Below the pieces are notes generated by a model. It saw only the letters and a program-made list of their open reading frames with translations, did no database searches and was not told the origin of the DNA. Shown here piece after piece: positions 29,923-39,828 of a DNA stretch of 64,000 nt. The DNA comes from a bacterium (GTDB lineage Bacteria; Fidelibacterota; Fidelibacteria; Fidelibacterales; Fidelibacteraceae), in NCBI GenBank assembly GCA_963676395.1, contig OY781066.1, forward strand, positions 1,984,001-2,048,000, read 5' to 3'. How positions within the stretch are numbered: position 1 is the first letter of the stretch; each line of letters opens with the position of its first letter. The position numbers and the translations under genes are program-made.

Positions 29923-32325
29923 ATGAAGTACTTTTATTCACACATTTATATGAATTGGTCCAAGTTTTTGTTATTTCTTGTTGCAATATGTTTAACTAGC
30001 CATTTAACCGCTGCGAGTGATTCTATTACTATCGGTGTCTATGAAAATCCCCCCAAAGTATATACAAATGAAGCAGGTGAAGTGTGTGGTGTTTTTATTG
30101 ATATCCTGAAGGAAATAGCAAAAAATGAGGGATGGCAATTAAAGTATGTTCACGATTCATGGGATCATTGCCTTCAGTTTCTCGAAGATGGCAGCATTGA
30201 TATCATGCCAGATATTGCTTTTACTTATAAGAGAGATGAAATATATGATTTTAATAGGGTTAAAGTCCTAGAGAGTTCATCCCAGATATATACGCGTCCG
30301 GGATTGCGTATTAAAGAACTTGTTGATCTGAAAAATAAACGTATTGCATTTGTATCAAGGACGATACAGGATAAAGAATTCGATAAATTAATGAATGGCT
30401 ATGGATATGAATATATAAAAATCCCATGCGTGTCGTATCAGGATGTTTTTTCGTTGACCAGCAAGGGTGAAGCCGATGTTGCGATCACGAATTACTATTT
30501 TGGACAAACAAATTATAAAGCTTTTAATTTGAAGAAAACGCCATTGGTGTTTAATGTGACATCTCTGTATTATGCCGTAACAAATGGAATGAACACATCC
30601 ATACTGAACACTATTGATAAATATCTTACAGAATGGAAAAACGAAAAAGAATCTTTTTATTATCAATTGATTTATGATTATTTCGAGACTCCGTTTTACA
30701 TGTCAAATTTGGGTTCAAATATTTTTATATACATTTTTGTCACTGTATTTGGAATATTTTTTATTATGATCATTATTTTTCTGCTTCGAAAGCTTTTTGT
30801 ATATACAAAGAATTTGCGTGCTTCAAATACTCTACTTAAACTCGAAGAAGGAAAATTTAAAAGTTATATCGAGCATGCTCCCTTTGGTATTTTTGTTACA
30901 GATGATAAGGGGAATTATATAGATGTAAATCCGGCCGCCTGTCAGATTACAGCTTATAATAGGGACGAACTACTGTGCCTCAGTATATCAGATCTCATCC
31001 CTAAACGTTCACACACCACAGCTCATAAACATCTTCAAAGAATTGCGCGCGAAGGGAAGGCTTCTGCAATAATGCCTTTTGTGACAAAAAATGGAGAACT
31101 TCGTTACTGGGAAGTAGATTCTGTCCAGCTTACCCATACTCTTTTCTTAGGTTTTGCCCATGATATTACTGAGCGCAGACAATCGGAAAAGAAAATTGAA
31201 GAGGCCCTTGAATTAGCCACAGAATCCGATAGATTAAAATCAGCATTTCTTGCCAATATGAGCCATGAAATACGTACACCTATGAATGGTATATTAGGTT
31301 TTACATCTTTATTGCAAAATCCTGACCTTACGGATGAAACTCGAGATAAATATATTCAAATTATCCGTAAAAGTGGTGATAGGATGCTTGACACAGTAAA
31401 TGATTTGATCATAATATCAAAACTTGAAACTGGACAGGAAAAACTGAATTTATTGAAGGGAAATCCGTGTAAATTGGTCCAAGAGATGTTTGAATTTTTT
31501 AAACCATCTGCTATAAGTAAAGGATTGGATTTTAAATATATTCATCACTGCTCAAATACTTCAGAAATTGCTTATCTTGATGTTACAAAATTTAATTCTA
31601 TTGTTGGGAATCTAATTAAAAATGCTATTAAATATACCGACAATGGAGAGATTATTATAAGATCTGAGAAAGATGATAAAAATATAATAATCAGTGTTGA
31701 AGACACGGGTTATGGTATACCAAAAGATAGACAAGATGCGATCTTTGATCGTTTTGTGCAGGCGGATATCAAAGATAGTCAAGCCTTGCAAGGCTCCGGG
31801 TTGGGTCTAAGTATTGTTAAAGCATATGTCGAAATGATGCATGGGACAATAAGCTTGGAATCAGAGCTTGGAAAGGGTTCGTGTTTTACCGCTAAGCTTC
31901 CCCTCAAAAAAATAGAACGAGAAAAGTTAAATCTTTCAAAGAAAGATATTGTACCATCGAAAATAAAATTAAATAAAATATTGATTGCGGAGGATGATGT
32001 AAATAGTTTCCAGTATCTATCTATAAGTTTGGAACCCTATACAGATAAAATCCTTCATGCTGCCAATGGGCAAGAGGCCGTACAAATGGCAAGAGATAAC
32101 ATGGATTGCGACCTGATACTCATGGATATTAAAATGCCAGTTATGAATGGACATGAAGCCGTAAAAAGGATTCGTGAATTTAATAAATCAGTTCAAATAA
32201 TTTCCCAGACAGCCTATGCTATGCAAGAGGATAAAGAGAAATCCTTGGCAGCCGGTTGCAACGATTACATTAGTAAGCCAATTGATATTAACAAACTTTT
32301 ATCTATGATTGGGAATAATGTTTAA
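29923..32325 (+). CDS. Hybrid sensor kinase: periplasmic solute-binding domain, PAS, HisKA, HATPase, receiver
   Basis: FLANMSHEIRTPMNG, NLIKNAIKY, DTGYGI, GSGLGL, ILMDIKMP, YISKP. Confidence 0.93.
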   Translation: MKYFYSHIYMNWSKFLLFLVAICLTSHLTAASDSITIGVYENPPKVYTNEAGEVCGVFIDILKEIAKNEGWQLKYVHDSWDHCLQFLEDGSIDIMPDIAFTYKRDEIYDFNRVKVLESSSQIYTRPGLRIKELVDLKNKRIAFVSRTIQDKEFDKLMNGYGYEYIKIPCVSYQDVFSLTSKGEADVAITNYYFGQTNYKAFNLKKTPLVFNVTSLYYAVTNGMNTSILNTIDKYLTEWKNEKESFYYQLIYDYFETPFYMSNLGSNIFIYIFVTVFGIFFIMIIIFLLRKLFVYTKNLRASNTLLKLEEGKFKSYIEHAPFGIFVTDDKGNYIDVNPAACQITAYNRDELLCLSISDLIPKRSHTTAHKHLQRIAREGKASAIMPFVTKNGELRYWEVDSVQLTHTLFLGFAHDITERRQSEKKIEEALELATESDRLKSAFLANMSHEIRTPMNGILGFTSLLQNPDLTDETRDKYIQIIRKSGDRMLDTVNDLIIISKLETGQEKLNLLKGNPCKLVQEMFEFFKPSAISKGLDFKYIHHCSNTSEIAYLDVTKFNSIVGNLIKNAIKYTDNGEIIIRSEKDDKNIIISVEDTGYGIPKDRQDAIFDRFVQADIKDSQALQGSGLGLSIVKAYVEMMHGTISLESELGKGSCFTAKLPLKKIEREKLNLSKKDIVPSKIKLNKILIAEDDVNSFQYLSISLEPYTDKILHAANGQEAVQMARDNMDCDLILMDIKMPVMNGHEAVKRIREFNKSVQIISQTAYAMQEDKEKSLAAGCNDYISKPIDINKLLSMIGNNV

Positions 32326-32636
32326 TAACGAAACGCTTATCCCTTTACACGTTTTAATTCACCTATGTATGTTATAGGTGGTTATCTATCAACACATACC
32401 TATTAAAATCTTAAAAAAATGGTTCAACTTTGTTTATAGACAGCTACTATTTGAGTATTTCTTTGTCAAAAAGAAACAATTTCCTATAAACTTATATAAG
32501 AGGCCTTTTATAAATGGAAAGTGATTAAGCAAACTGTGTGCATTAGATAGTGGTCACAGTGCCAAAATTTCCTTGTGAATAACCAAATTAACGCTCAAAT
32601 TATTATCTATTTTTATAGAATAAAAAAGGAAACAGT

Positions 32637-35048
32637 ATGAAACGTATTATAGTCTTGATTATTTTGTTAGCTGCTGTCTTTGCCTTTGGGCAAGAAAGTC
32701 TTATTTATCAAAAACCCTCTAAAGAGATTCTGGATCTCGTAGATGTCGAACGCGCACCTTCGGTATTGATTGACGAAGCCCGGAATTATATGGTTTTAGT
32801 ATCTCGAAATGCCTATAAATCCATCGAAGAGCTTTCTAAAGAAGAGCTTCGTTTGGGTGGCTTACGGATTGATCCCAAGACCAATATCGGTTCTCGCGTT
32901 CGTTATTATACCAATTTAAAGGTAAAGGATATTAAGAAAGAGAATGCTGAAATAGTAGAGGTTAAAGGACTTCCCAAGAATCCTAAATTAACAAATTTTC
33001 AGTGGTCTCCAAAACAAGAGAAATTAGCGTTTACCCATACAACAACAGATGGTGTCGAGCTTTGGGTTTTGGATGTCGCCAAAGCTTCAGCTCGGAAAAT
33101 TACAAAAGCGACTGTCAATGCAAACCTAGGTAGTGTTTTTACATGGTTTGCCGATGGTGAGGCGCTTTTGGTTCAAATGGTAGCAAAAGACAGAGAAGCA
33201 TTGATCGATACAAAAACCTCAATCCCAACCGGTCCTACGGTTTCGGTTAATGAAGGTAAAAAAGCTCAGAATCCTACCTACCAAGATCTGTTGAAAAATA
33301 AGAACGATGAACATAATTTTGAGCAATTGGCTTTGTCGGAACTTTATAAAGTATCTCTCAAAGGAAAAGCTAAAAAATGGCTGGGTAAAGATATCTATAC
33401 ATCAACAAGGTTTTCACCCGATGGAAATTATGTTCTTGTAAGAACCGTAGAGCGACCATTTTCTTATTTGGTCTCTTATAACCAATTTCCATCTAAAACA
33501 AAGGTCTATACAAAAACAGGCAAAAAAGTGGAAACGCTGGTCGAGGTCCCCCTGATTGAAGACCTGCCTCAGGGTTTTATGTCGGTACGAACCGGTAAGC
33601 GATCATTTCAATGGCGAAACGATAAACCGGCTTCTCTAGTTTACATTCAAGCGCTTGATGGTGGGGATCCGGCAAATATTGTACCATATCGAGATGAAGT
33701 GTTTCAACTGGACTATCCTTTTGATGGAGATGGAAAAAGTATTTTGAAAACCATCAACCGGATGTACAGTTTTGAATGGGGAAATGAATCCATTGCTATC
33801 GCACACGATTATTGGTGGAATACAAGAAATATTAAAACCTATGTATTTAATCCTTCTGATCCTTCTGTTGAAACCAAGATATTGTCGGACAGGAATTATC
33901 AGGATATTTACAGTGATCCCGGTTCTTTTGTGAGTGAAAGAAATGCTATGGGACGCTCAGTCCTGGCGCTGAACGGTGATGTTGCCTATTTGTTAGGTGA
34001 TGGATATACACCCGAAGGACAATTTCCCTTTCTTGATAAAATTAATATAAAAACTAAGGAAACAGAGCGCATCTATCGTTCTGAATATACCGATAGAGTT
34101 GAAAGTCTCTCATCTTATTATCCGGACAAGAATGAGTTGTTGGTCAGGATTGAGTCTCCGACGGATTATCCCAACTATTTCTTTAGAGATCTGGATGATG
34201 AAAAACTGGAACAGGTGACATACTTTAAGAATCCTTTTGTCAGTATACAGAATGTGCACAAAGAGGTGATTACTTACAAACGTGAAGATGGTTTGGATCT
34301 TTCGGGTACCTTGTATCTTCCTGTAGATTATGATATGGAAAAGAAAGAAAAAATGCCTTTGATCATTTGGGCTTATCCCACTGAATTTAAAGATAAGTCT
34401 TCAGCAGGGCAGAGTACACAAAATCCCAATGAATTTACCTATCCGTATTACGGTTCTATGGTTTATTGGGTGACTAAAGGTTATGTGGTCCTGGATGATG
34501 CCTCTTTTCCTATCGTCGGTGAAGGTGATGAAGAGCCAAATGACAGTTTTAGAAAACAACTGGTTGCCAATGCAAAAGCTGCGATTGATGCGGTAGATGA
34601 ACTGGGATATATTGATAGAGATCGTGTTGCGGTTGCCGGACATTCTTACGGTGCCTTTATGGTGGCCAATTTGTTATCGCATTCAGACCTTTTTGCTGCG
34701 GGTATAGCAAGAAGCGGTGCATATAACAGAACCTTAACACCTTTTGGTTTTCAGAGTGAAGAACGTAACTATTGGGATGCTCCAGATATTTACAACAGCA
34801 TGTCTCCTTTTATGCATGCCGATAAAATGAATCAACCTTTATTGCTTATCCATGGTGAAGCTGATAATAATTCCGGTACTTATCCCATGCAAAGTGAACG
34901 TTATTTTAATGCTTTAAAAGGCTTGGGAGCGACTGTGAGATTGGTTATGCTTCCGAAAGAGAGTCATAGCTACCGTGCCAAAGAGAGTATTCTACACTTA
35001 CTATGGGAACAGGATGAGTGGTTGGACAAATATGTGAAAAATAAGTAA
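32637..35048 (+). CDS. S9 family serine peptidase (glutamyl peptidase-like), secreted
   Basis: Signal peptide, GHSYG nucleophile, HGEADNN, ESH. Confidence 0.9.
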   Translation: MKRIIVLIILLAAVFAFGQESLIYQKPSKEILDLVDVERAPSVLIDEARNYMVLVSRNAYKSIEELSKEELRLGGLRIDPKTNIGSRVRYYTNLKVKDIKKENAEIVEVKGLPKNPKLTNFQWSPKQEKLAFTHTTTDGVELWVLDVAKASARKITKATVNANLGSVFTWFADGEALLVQMVAKDREALIDTKTSIPTGPTVSVNEGKKAQNPTYQDLLKNKNDEHNFEQLALSELYKVSLKGKAKKWLGKDIYTSTRFSPDGNYVLVRTVERPFSYLVSYNQFPSKTKVYTKTGKKVETLVEVPLIEDLPQGFMSVRTGKRSFQWRNDKPASLVYIQALDGGDPANIVPYRDEVFQLDYPFDGDGKSILKTINRMYSFEWGNESIAIAHDYWWNTRNIKTYVFNPSDPSVETKILSDRNYQDIYSDPGSFVSERNAMGRSVLALNGDVAYLLGDGYTPEGQFPFLDKINIKTKETERIYRSEYTDRVESLSSYYPDKNELLVRIESPTDYPNYFFRDLDDEKLEQVTYFKNPFVSIQNVHKEVITYKREDGLDLSGTLYLPVDYDMEKKEKMPLIIWAYPTEFKDKSSAGQSTQNPNEFTYPYYGSMVYWVTKGYVVLDDASFPIVGEGDEEPNDSFRKQLVANAKAAIDAVDELGYIDRDRVAVAGHSYGAFMVANLLSHSDLFAAGIARSGAYNRTLTPFGFQSEERNYWDAPDIYNSMSPFMHADKMNQPLLLIHGEADNNSGTYPMQSERYFNALKGLGATVRLVMLPKESHSYRAKESILHLLWEQDEWLDKYVKNK

Positions 35049-35088
35049 GTTGTGAGACGTTATACTTCATAGGAAATATAAAATATTG

Positions 35089-35117
35089 GGTCGAACCTGT
35101 GTGTTCGACCTTTTTTT
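35089..35117 (+). terminator. Intrinsic terminator / REP-like hairpin
   Basis: GGTCGAAC-ctgtgt-GTTCGACC-TTTTTTT. Confidence 0.8.
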
Positions 35118-35278
35118 ATATCTAATAATTTGTGTTGAACATGTTCATTCTGTACTTCAACTAACCTTGCCGAAAGTTTATTCCTTTCATTTTAGACCTC
35201 AAAATCCCCGGCGCTTTAGCATTCTTGTAAAAAAAATAATAGACTAAGTAATTATCCCAAAACCAATTCCTATTATTC

Positions 35279-35307
35279 TTGACACAAGGGGTATAGGATA
35301 CTATCTT
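35279..35307 (+). promoter_or_regulatory. Sigma70-like promoter for pyk
   Basis: TTGACA-17 bp-TATCTT. Confidence 0.5.
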
Positions 35308-35362
35308 TAGGTGACTAATTATTTCCCGCTTTATAAGAGTAACATTGGCTTAAGGAGGCTAA

Positions 35363-36799
35363 ATGCGATCAAAGCAGACAAAAATCGTGGCGACTATATC
35401 AGACCTGAATTGCAGTGTCGATCTCATTGAAGATCTATATTTGAATGGTATGAATGTGGTGCGTTTAAATACTGCGCATCAAACGCTTGAAGCTTCTTTA
35501 AAGGTTATAAATAATGTAAGAACAGTTTCTGATAGAATAGGTATTTTAGTTGATACCAAAGGTCCCGAGGTTAGAACGATGGGTGTGGACCCAAAGTTAA
35601 ATGTTGTTAGGGGACAGATATTAACGCTGGCATCCGATGAAAGTACTGAAGCTGATCTTCATGTGAATTATAAAGGGTTTAACGATGATCTATCTGTTGA
35701 AGATAAAATTTTGATCGACGATGGATTGGTTGAGCTGAATGTTAATGAAAAAAAAGACAATGTGTTGATTTGTGAAGTGATGAATCACGGTGTTATTGGC
35801 AATAAAAAGAGTATTAATGTACCCAATGCGCATTTTAATCTTCCGGCAGTGACTGAAAAAGATAAAAAGTATATTGAATTTGCCGTAGAGCATGATATAG
35901 ATTTTATTGCACATTCTTTTGTTCGAAATAAAAAAGATGTCGAAGAAGTCCAGGCAATTATTGATGCTAAAGGTGGAAAAAATAAGATCATTGCAAAGAT
36001 CGAAAATCAATCCGGTGTGAATAATATTGATGAAATTCTTGATGTGGCTTACGGTGTGATGGTTGCTAGGGGTGATCTTGGAATTGAGATTGCAGCACAT
36101 GAGGTACCTGTGGTTCAGAAAAGATTGATCAGGAAATGTATTGAAAAAGCAAGACCGGTCATCACAGCGACTCAGATGTTGCATACCATGATCGATAATC
36201 CAAGACCGACGCGCGCAGAGGTATCGGATGTAGCGAACGCTATTTATGATGGTACCGATGCTCTGATGTTGAGTGGCGAAACCACCTACGGTAAATATCC
36301 GGTAGAAGCCGTAAAAATGATGACTGATATTGCCATTTCCGTTGAAAAGAATAAGACGATAAAAGAATATATTCCTACCCTTAAGGGGAAAAAAGCAACC
36401 CGAGCTTATCTGGTTAAAACCGCTGTCAAAGCATCGAAAGAATTTCCGGTTAAAGCCATAATTATTGATACATTAACGGGGCGTTCGGCCAGATTGGTCG
36501 CTTCGTATCGTGGTGAAACACCAGTATATGTTACGGTCCACGATAAGAGTCTTGTAAGACAACTATCACTTTCTTACGGTACATATCCAACCTATATGGA
36601 ACTTCCCAGAACAACCGATGAACTGGTGTATAAAGCTGTTTCAGCACTTGTAAAAAATGATGTTATCAAGGAAAGTGATAAGATCGTTATTCTTGCCGGA
36701 ACTCCCGGGCAGGATCGGGGTGCAAACTTTATGGAGATCAATCGTGCCGGACTTTGTATTAAAGGCAGGGAAGAAGAGATGGGAATTAATAAGTGGTGA
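35363..36799 (+). CDS. pyk: Pyruvate kinase
   Basis: TKIVAT, DTKGPE, AKIEN, MVARGDLG, ATQML, PTRAE, MLSGET. Confidence 0.97.
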   Translation: MRSKQTKIVATISDLNCSVDLIEDLYLNGMNVVRLNTAHQTLEASLKVINNVRTVSDRIGILVDTKGPEVRTMGVDPKLNVVRGQILTLASDESTEADLHVNYKGFNDDLSVEDKILIDDGLVELNVNEKKDNVLICEVMNHGVIGNKKSINVPNAHFNLPAVTEKDKKYIEFAVEHDIDFIAHSFVRNKKDVEEVQAIIDAKGGKNKIIAKIENQSGVNNIDEILDVAYGVMVARGDLGIEIAAHEVPVVQKRLIRKCIEKARPVITATQMLHTMIDNPRPTRAEVSDVANAIYDGTDALMLSGETTYGKYPVEAVKMMTDIAISVEKNKTIKEYIPTLKGKKATRAYLVKTAVKASKEFPVKAIIIDTLTGRSARLVASYRGETPVYVTVHDKSLVRQLSLSYGTYPTYMELPRTTDELVYKAVSALVKNDVIKESDKIVILAGTPGQDRGANFMEINRAGLCIKGREEEMGINKW

Positions 36800-36939
36800 G
36801 TAATTAACTAGATCGTTCCTGACTATTTTGATTTTATTTTGAGATGATATGAGTTGCTTCTTGTACATACCTGCTTTGAAATAGTACTGATATTAATTAA
36901 ATTACTTTCAAAGGATTTTGAAAAGCTCTTTCGCATGTT

Positions 36940-39429
36940 TTGCAAAATAAGCATAATATTATAACTAAACATTTTGTTGGATGCCTTATGTTAAAACGAG
37001 TATTTTGGATCATTTTTGTCATTTGCCCACTGCTTATGGCGGCTAGTACCGGTATTATTCCCAATCCTCAAGAAATTGAATTTTATGACTCAAGCATTGA
37101 ATTAAACAATCAAATTAATTTTGTGCATATTGGCTACCCTGAAAATCTAGCTAAAGGTAAGGAAATCCTATCAGAAGCATTAGCAGATATAGTAGATGAG
37201 CATTGCGAACATTCAATGTCGGTTATTCTTGAAAAAAACGATGAATTTTCTATTCATGATATTAAAAATGAACAGCTTGTAGAGGCTTATTCATTAGAAA
37301 TATCTACAGATAAAATTGTGATCAGAGCGGTAAGTGATAAAGGATTATTTTATGGTTTGATGTCCTTAAGTCAATTAGTCAAAGCCTCTGCTAAGGGAAA
37401 GCTGCCCACAATGAAGATTCTGGATTATCCGGATATGATCCAGCGAGGAATATCTGACGATTTCAGTCGTGGCCAGGTATCTACCATGGATAATTTTGAG
37501 GATATTCTAAGATTTCTTGCCGAGTATAAACAAAACATTTATATGCCTTATATGGAAGATCTTGTTCAATTAGACAACTATCTGGATATAGGTGAAGGTC
37601 GTGGAGCACTTTCTAAACAAAATATTGCAGAAATGCAAGATATTGCTCGCTCATATTTTATTGATGTGATCCCCATCTTTCAAACGCTGGGACATTATGA
37701 AAATATTCTTTCTCACCCTAAATATAGAAAATTTGCGGAATTCCCCGGAGCGGCTTCATTGAACACTATTGATGAAGCAACGGATAGTTTTCTTTTTAAT
37801 ATGTTGGATGAAGTCATACCGCAATTTGAAAGTGAGTATTTTCATATGGGATGTGATGAATCCCGAGATGTTGGCTATGGGGCAACAAAAAGGTTGGTCG
37901 AAAAAATTGGAACCGCTCAAGTGCATGCCGATCACTATATGAAAGTGTATAATAAACTTCAGTCTAAAGGTAAAAAGCCCATGATGTATGGAGATATTAT
38001 CTTACGGCATCCTGAGATATTAGATCTAATACCCAAGGATATCATTATCGTAGACTGGCATTATCGGGTAAATGATCATTATCCTTCGATTAAGAAGTTT
38101 AAAGATGCCGGTTTTCAGTTTTTGGTGTCTCCTGGATTGCATAATTGGCGACAAAGCATTCCGAATTTCAGCAATGCTTGGTTGAATATATCCAAGATCA
38201 ATTATGAGGGCTATTTAAATGGAGCATTGGGTTCCATTAATTCAAGTTGGGGAGATTACGGTGGTTTAAATTTTCGTGAGTTGAATTATTTGGGCTATGC
38301 TTTTGGGGCCGAATCAAGCTGGAATCCTGATGGAATGGATGGTGGTAGTATACGTTCGCGGTTTATTAAACAATATTATGGTTCCGATAGTATTAAATTG
38401 GAATCACTTTTTCTTATTGCCAATCAGATACCTATGAATACTGATTTGCGTTATATTTATGCTAATCCATTCTTGACTTGGAAGGCAAATAGTAAGTACG
38501 GGAAATTTTCTTCACAAGAATTGATACAGAATGGCAAAATGGTTTTAAAGCTGACTGATGAATTACGTGAAACAGCTATGCGAAATAAAGACAAGTTGGA
38601 TTATTTTAGCATGGGAGCCAGAATTGGAATATTTACAGGTAGAAAGATAGCTTTCAAACATAAATTGGATTTTTATACCGATAATAACTATATCAACAAG
38701 ATCACACCCAGAATACAGCGATCACTTATGGATGAATGTGATGCGTTGATCGAGGAGATCAATAGTTTGGTTGAAGATTATCGAGCACTTTGGCTTCGCA
38801 CGAACCGTCCGGATAATCTTGATAGATTAATGAGTATTTTTTATCAACAGTCAGTATTTATACATAAGGCGAAAACATCCATTGAAATGGGGCAATATCG
38901 CATAGATCAGGCGTTGCCTTCCAAGTGGATAGCTGCAAAAGCATATAGAAAAGGTGAAAATGTTCCCTCGGCATATTTTTGTAAAAAGTTTGAACTTGAG
39001 AACATTAATGATATCCGGTTTGCTCATGTACAGTTAATTGCCAATGATGCTGCTGAGATATATCTTAACGGAAAAAAAGTAGGACTTGTCGCTGCTGCGA
39101 AATCCGGCTCTTTATTGGCGGTAAAACGACAAGTCGGTGTTTGGGATATAGCCGATCTGTTGCAGGAAGGAGAGAATATCATTGCAGTTAAAGCTCAGGC
39201 ATATAAACCCGGTCTACCGAGCTGTGCGAATGTATATTTTGAGTATAGCTTTAAGGGTGAAAAAGTTAGAATACTCAGTGATAGAGATTGGCAGGCTTGT
39301 ACTATCCCAAGAAAAGATTGGCAACTGGGAAAAGGATTGTGGCGAAAAGCGATCATTGTCAATGATTATCCCAGCCAGATCAGCATGCCGATGTTTGATG
39401 AAGGATTCCCATCGCAGATAGAATTGTAA
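36940..39429 (+). CDS. GH20 beta-N-acetylhexosaminidase with C-terminal sugar-binding domain (start probably 36988)
   Basis: EAYSLEI, DYPDM..RG, IPIFQTLGH, HMGCDE catalytic pair. Confidence 0.85.
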   Translation: MQNKHNIITKHFVGCLMLKRVFWIIFVICPLLMAASTGIIPNPQEIEFYDSSIELNNQINFVHIGYPENLAKGKEILSEALADIVDEHCEHSMSVILEKNDEFSIHDIKNEQLVEAYSLEISTDKIVIRAVSDKGLFYGLMSLSQLVKASAKGKLPTMKILDYPDMIQRGISDDFSRGQVSTMDNFEDILRFLAEYKQNIYMPYMEDLVQLDNYLDIGEGRGALSKQNIAEMQDIARSYFIDVIPIFQTLGHYENILSHPKYRKFAEFPGAASLNTIDEATDSFLFNMLDEVIPQFESEYFHMGCDESRDVGYGATKRLVEKIGTAQVHADHYMKVYNKLQSKGKKPMMYGDIILRHPEILDLIPKDIIIVDWHYRVNDHYPSIKKFKDAGFQFLVSPGLHNWRQSIPNFSNAWLNISKINYEGYLNGALGSINSSWGDYGGLNFRELNYLGYAFGAESSWNPDGMDGGSIRSRFIKQYYGSDSIKLESLFLIANQIPMNTDLRYIYANPFLTWKANSKYGKFSSQELIQNGKMVLKLTDELRETAMRNKDKLDYFSMGARIGIFTGRKIAFKHKLDFYTDNNYINKITPRIQRSLMDECDALIEEINSLVEDYRALWLRTNRPDNLDRLMSIFYQQSVFIHKAKTSIEMGQYRIDQALPSKWIAAKAYRKGENVPSAYFCKKFELENINDIRFAHVQLIANDAAEIYLNGKKVGLVAAAKSGSLLAVKRQVGVWDIADLLQEGENIIAVKAQAYKPGLPSCANVYFEYSFKGEKVRILSDRDWQACTIPRKDWQLGKGLWRKAIIVNDYPSQISMPMFDEGFPSQIEL

Positions 39430-39450
39430 ATAATAAAAGCCAATAATAAA

Positions 39451-39472
39451 AAAGCCGGGACGTCCCGGCTTT
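39451..39472. terminator. Bidirectional terminator (perfect 22-bp palindrome)
   Basis: AAAGCCGGGACGTCCCGGCTTT between convergent genes. Confidence 0.8.
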
Positions 39473-39494
39473 ATAATAATCGATCAAATGTTCC

Positions 39495-39701
39495 TTATTT
39501 TCTACCTGCAATGAGGAGAATAATAAATGCGATGAGCGGAGATGTAAGCAAAGCTAATAAGAACCAGAAAAGAAAATCGCGTTTTTTCTGTTTTCTTGCA
39601 TAATCAGCTACCAAGTATGCTATAACGATCCATACAATTGCACTTAGAATTAGTATGTGAACCCCCTTTGTTTTGTTAATATGTGTTGGTTTTTTATCCA
39701 T
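39495..39701 (-). CDS. Small two-TM hypothetical protein
   Basis: AR.KKR.F..WFLLALLTSPL pattern; start uncertain. Confidence 0.55.
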   Translation of the reverse strand: MDKKPTHINKTKGVHILILSAIVWIVIAYLVADYARKQKKRDFLFWFLLALLTSPLIAFIILLIAGRK

Positions 39702-39828
39702 AAAAAAATATACAGAATAAAGTATTAATCCTAGTATTGCATATGGCCTTTTATGATTTGATAAAAAGTATTTTTCTTGAGAGTTAAAATTCCTATCTTC
39801 TCACCATGATATCTATATGGAATAATAA

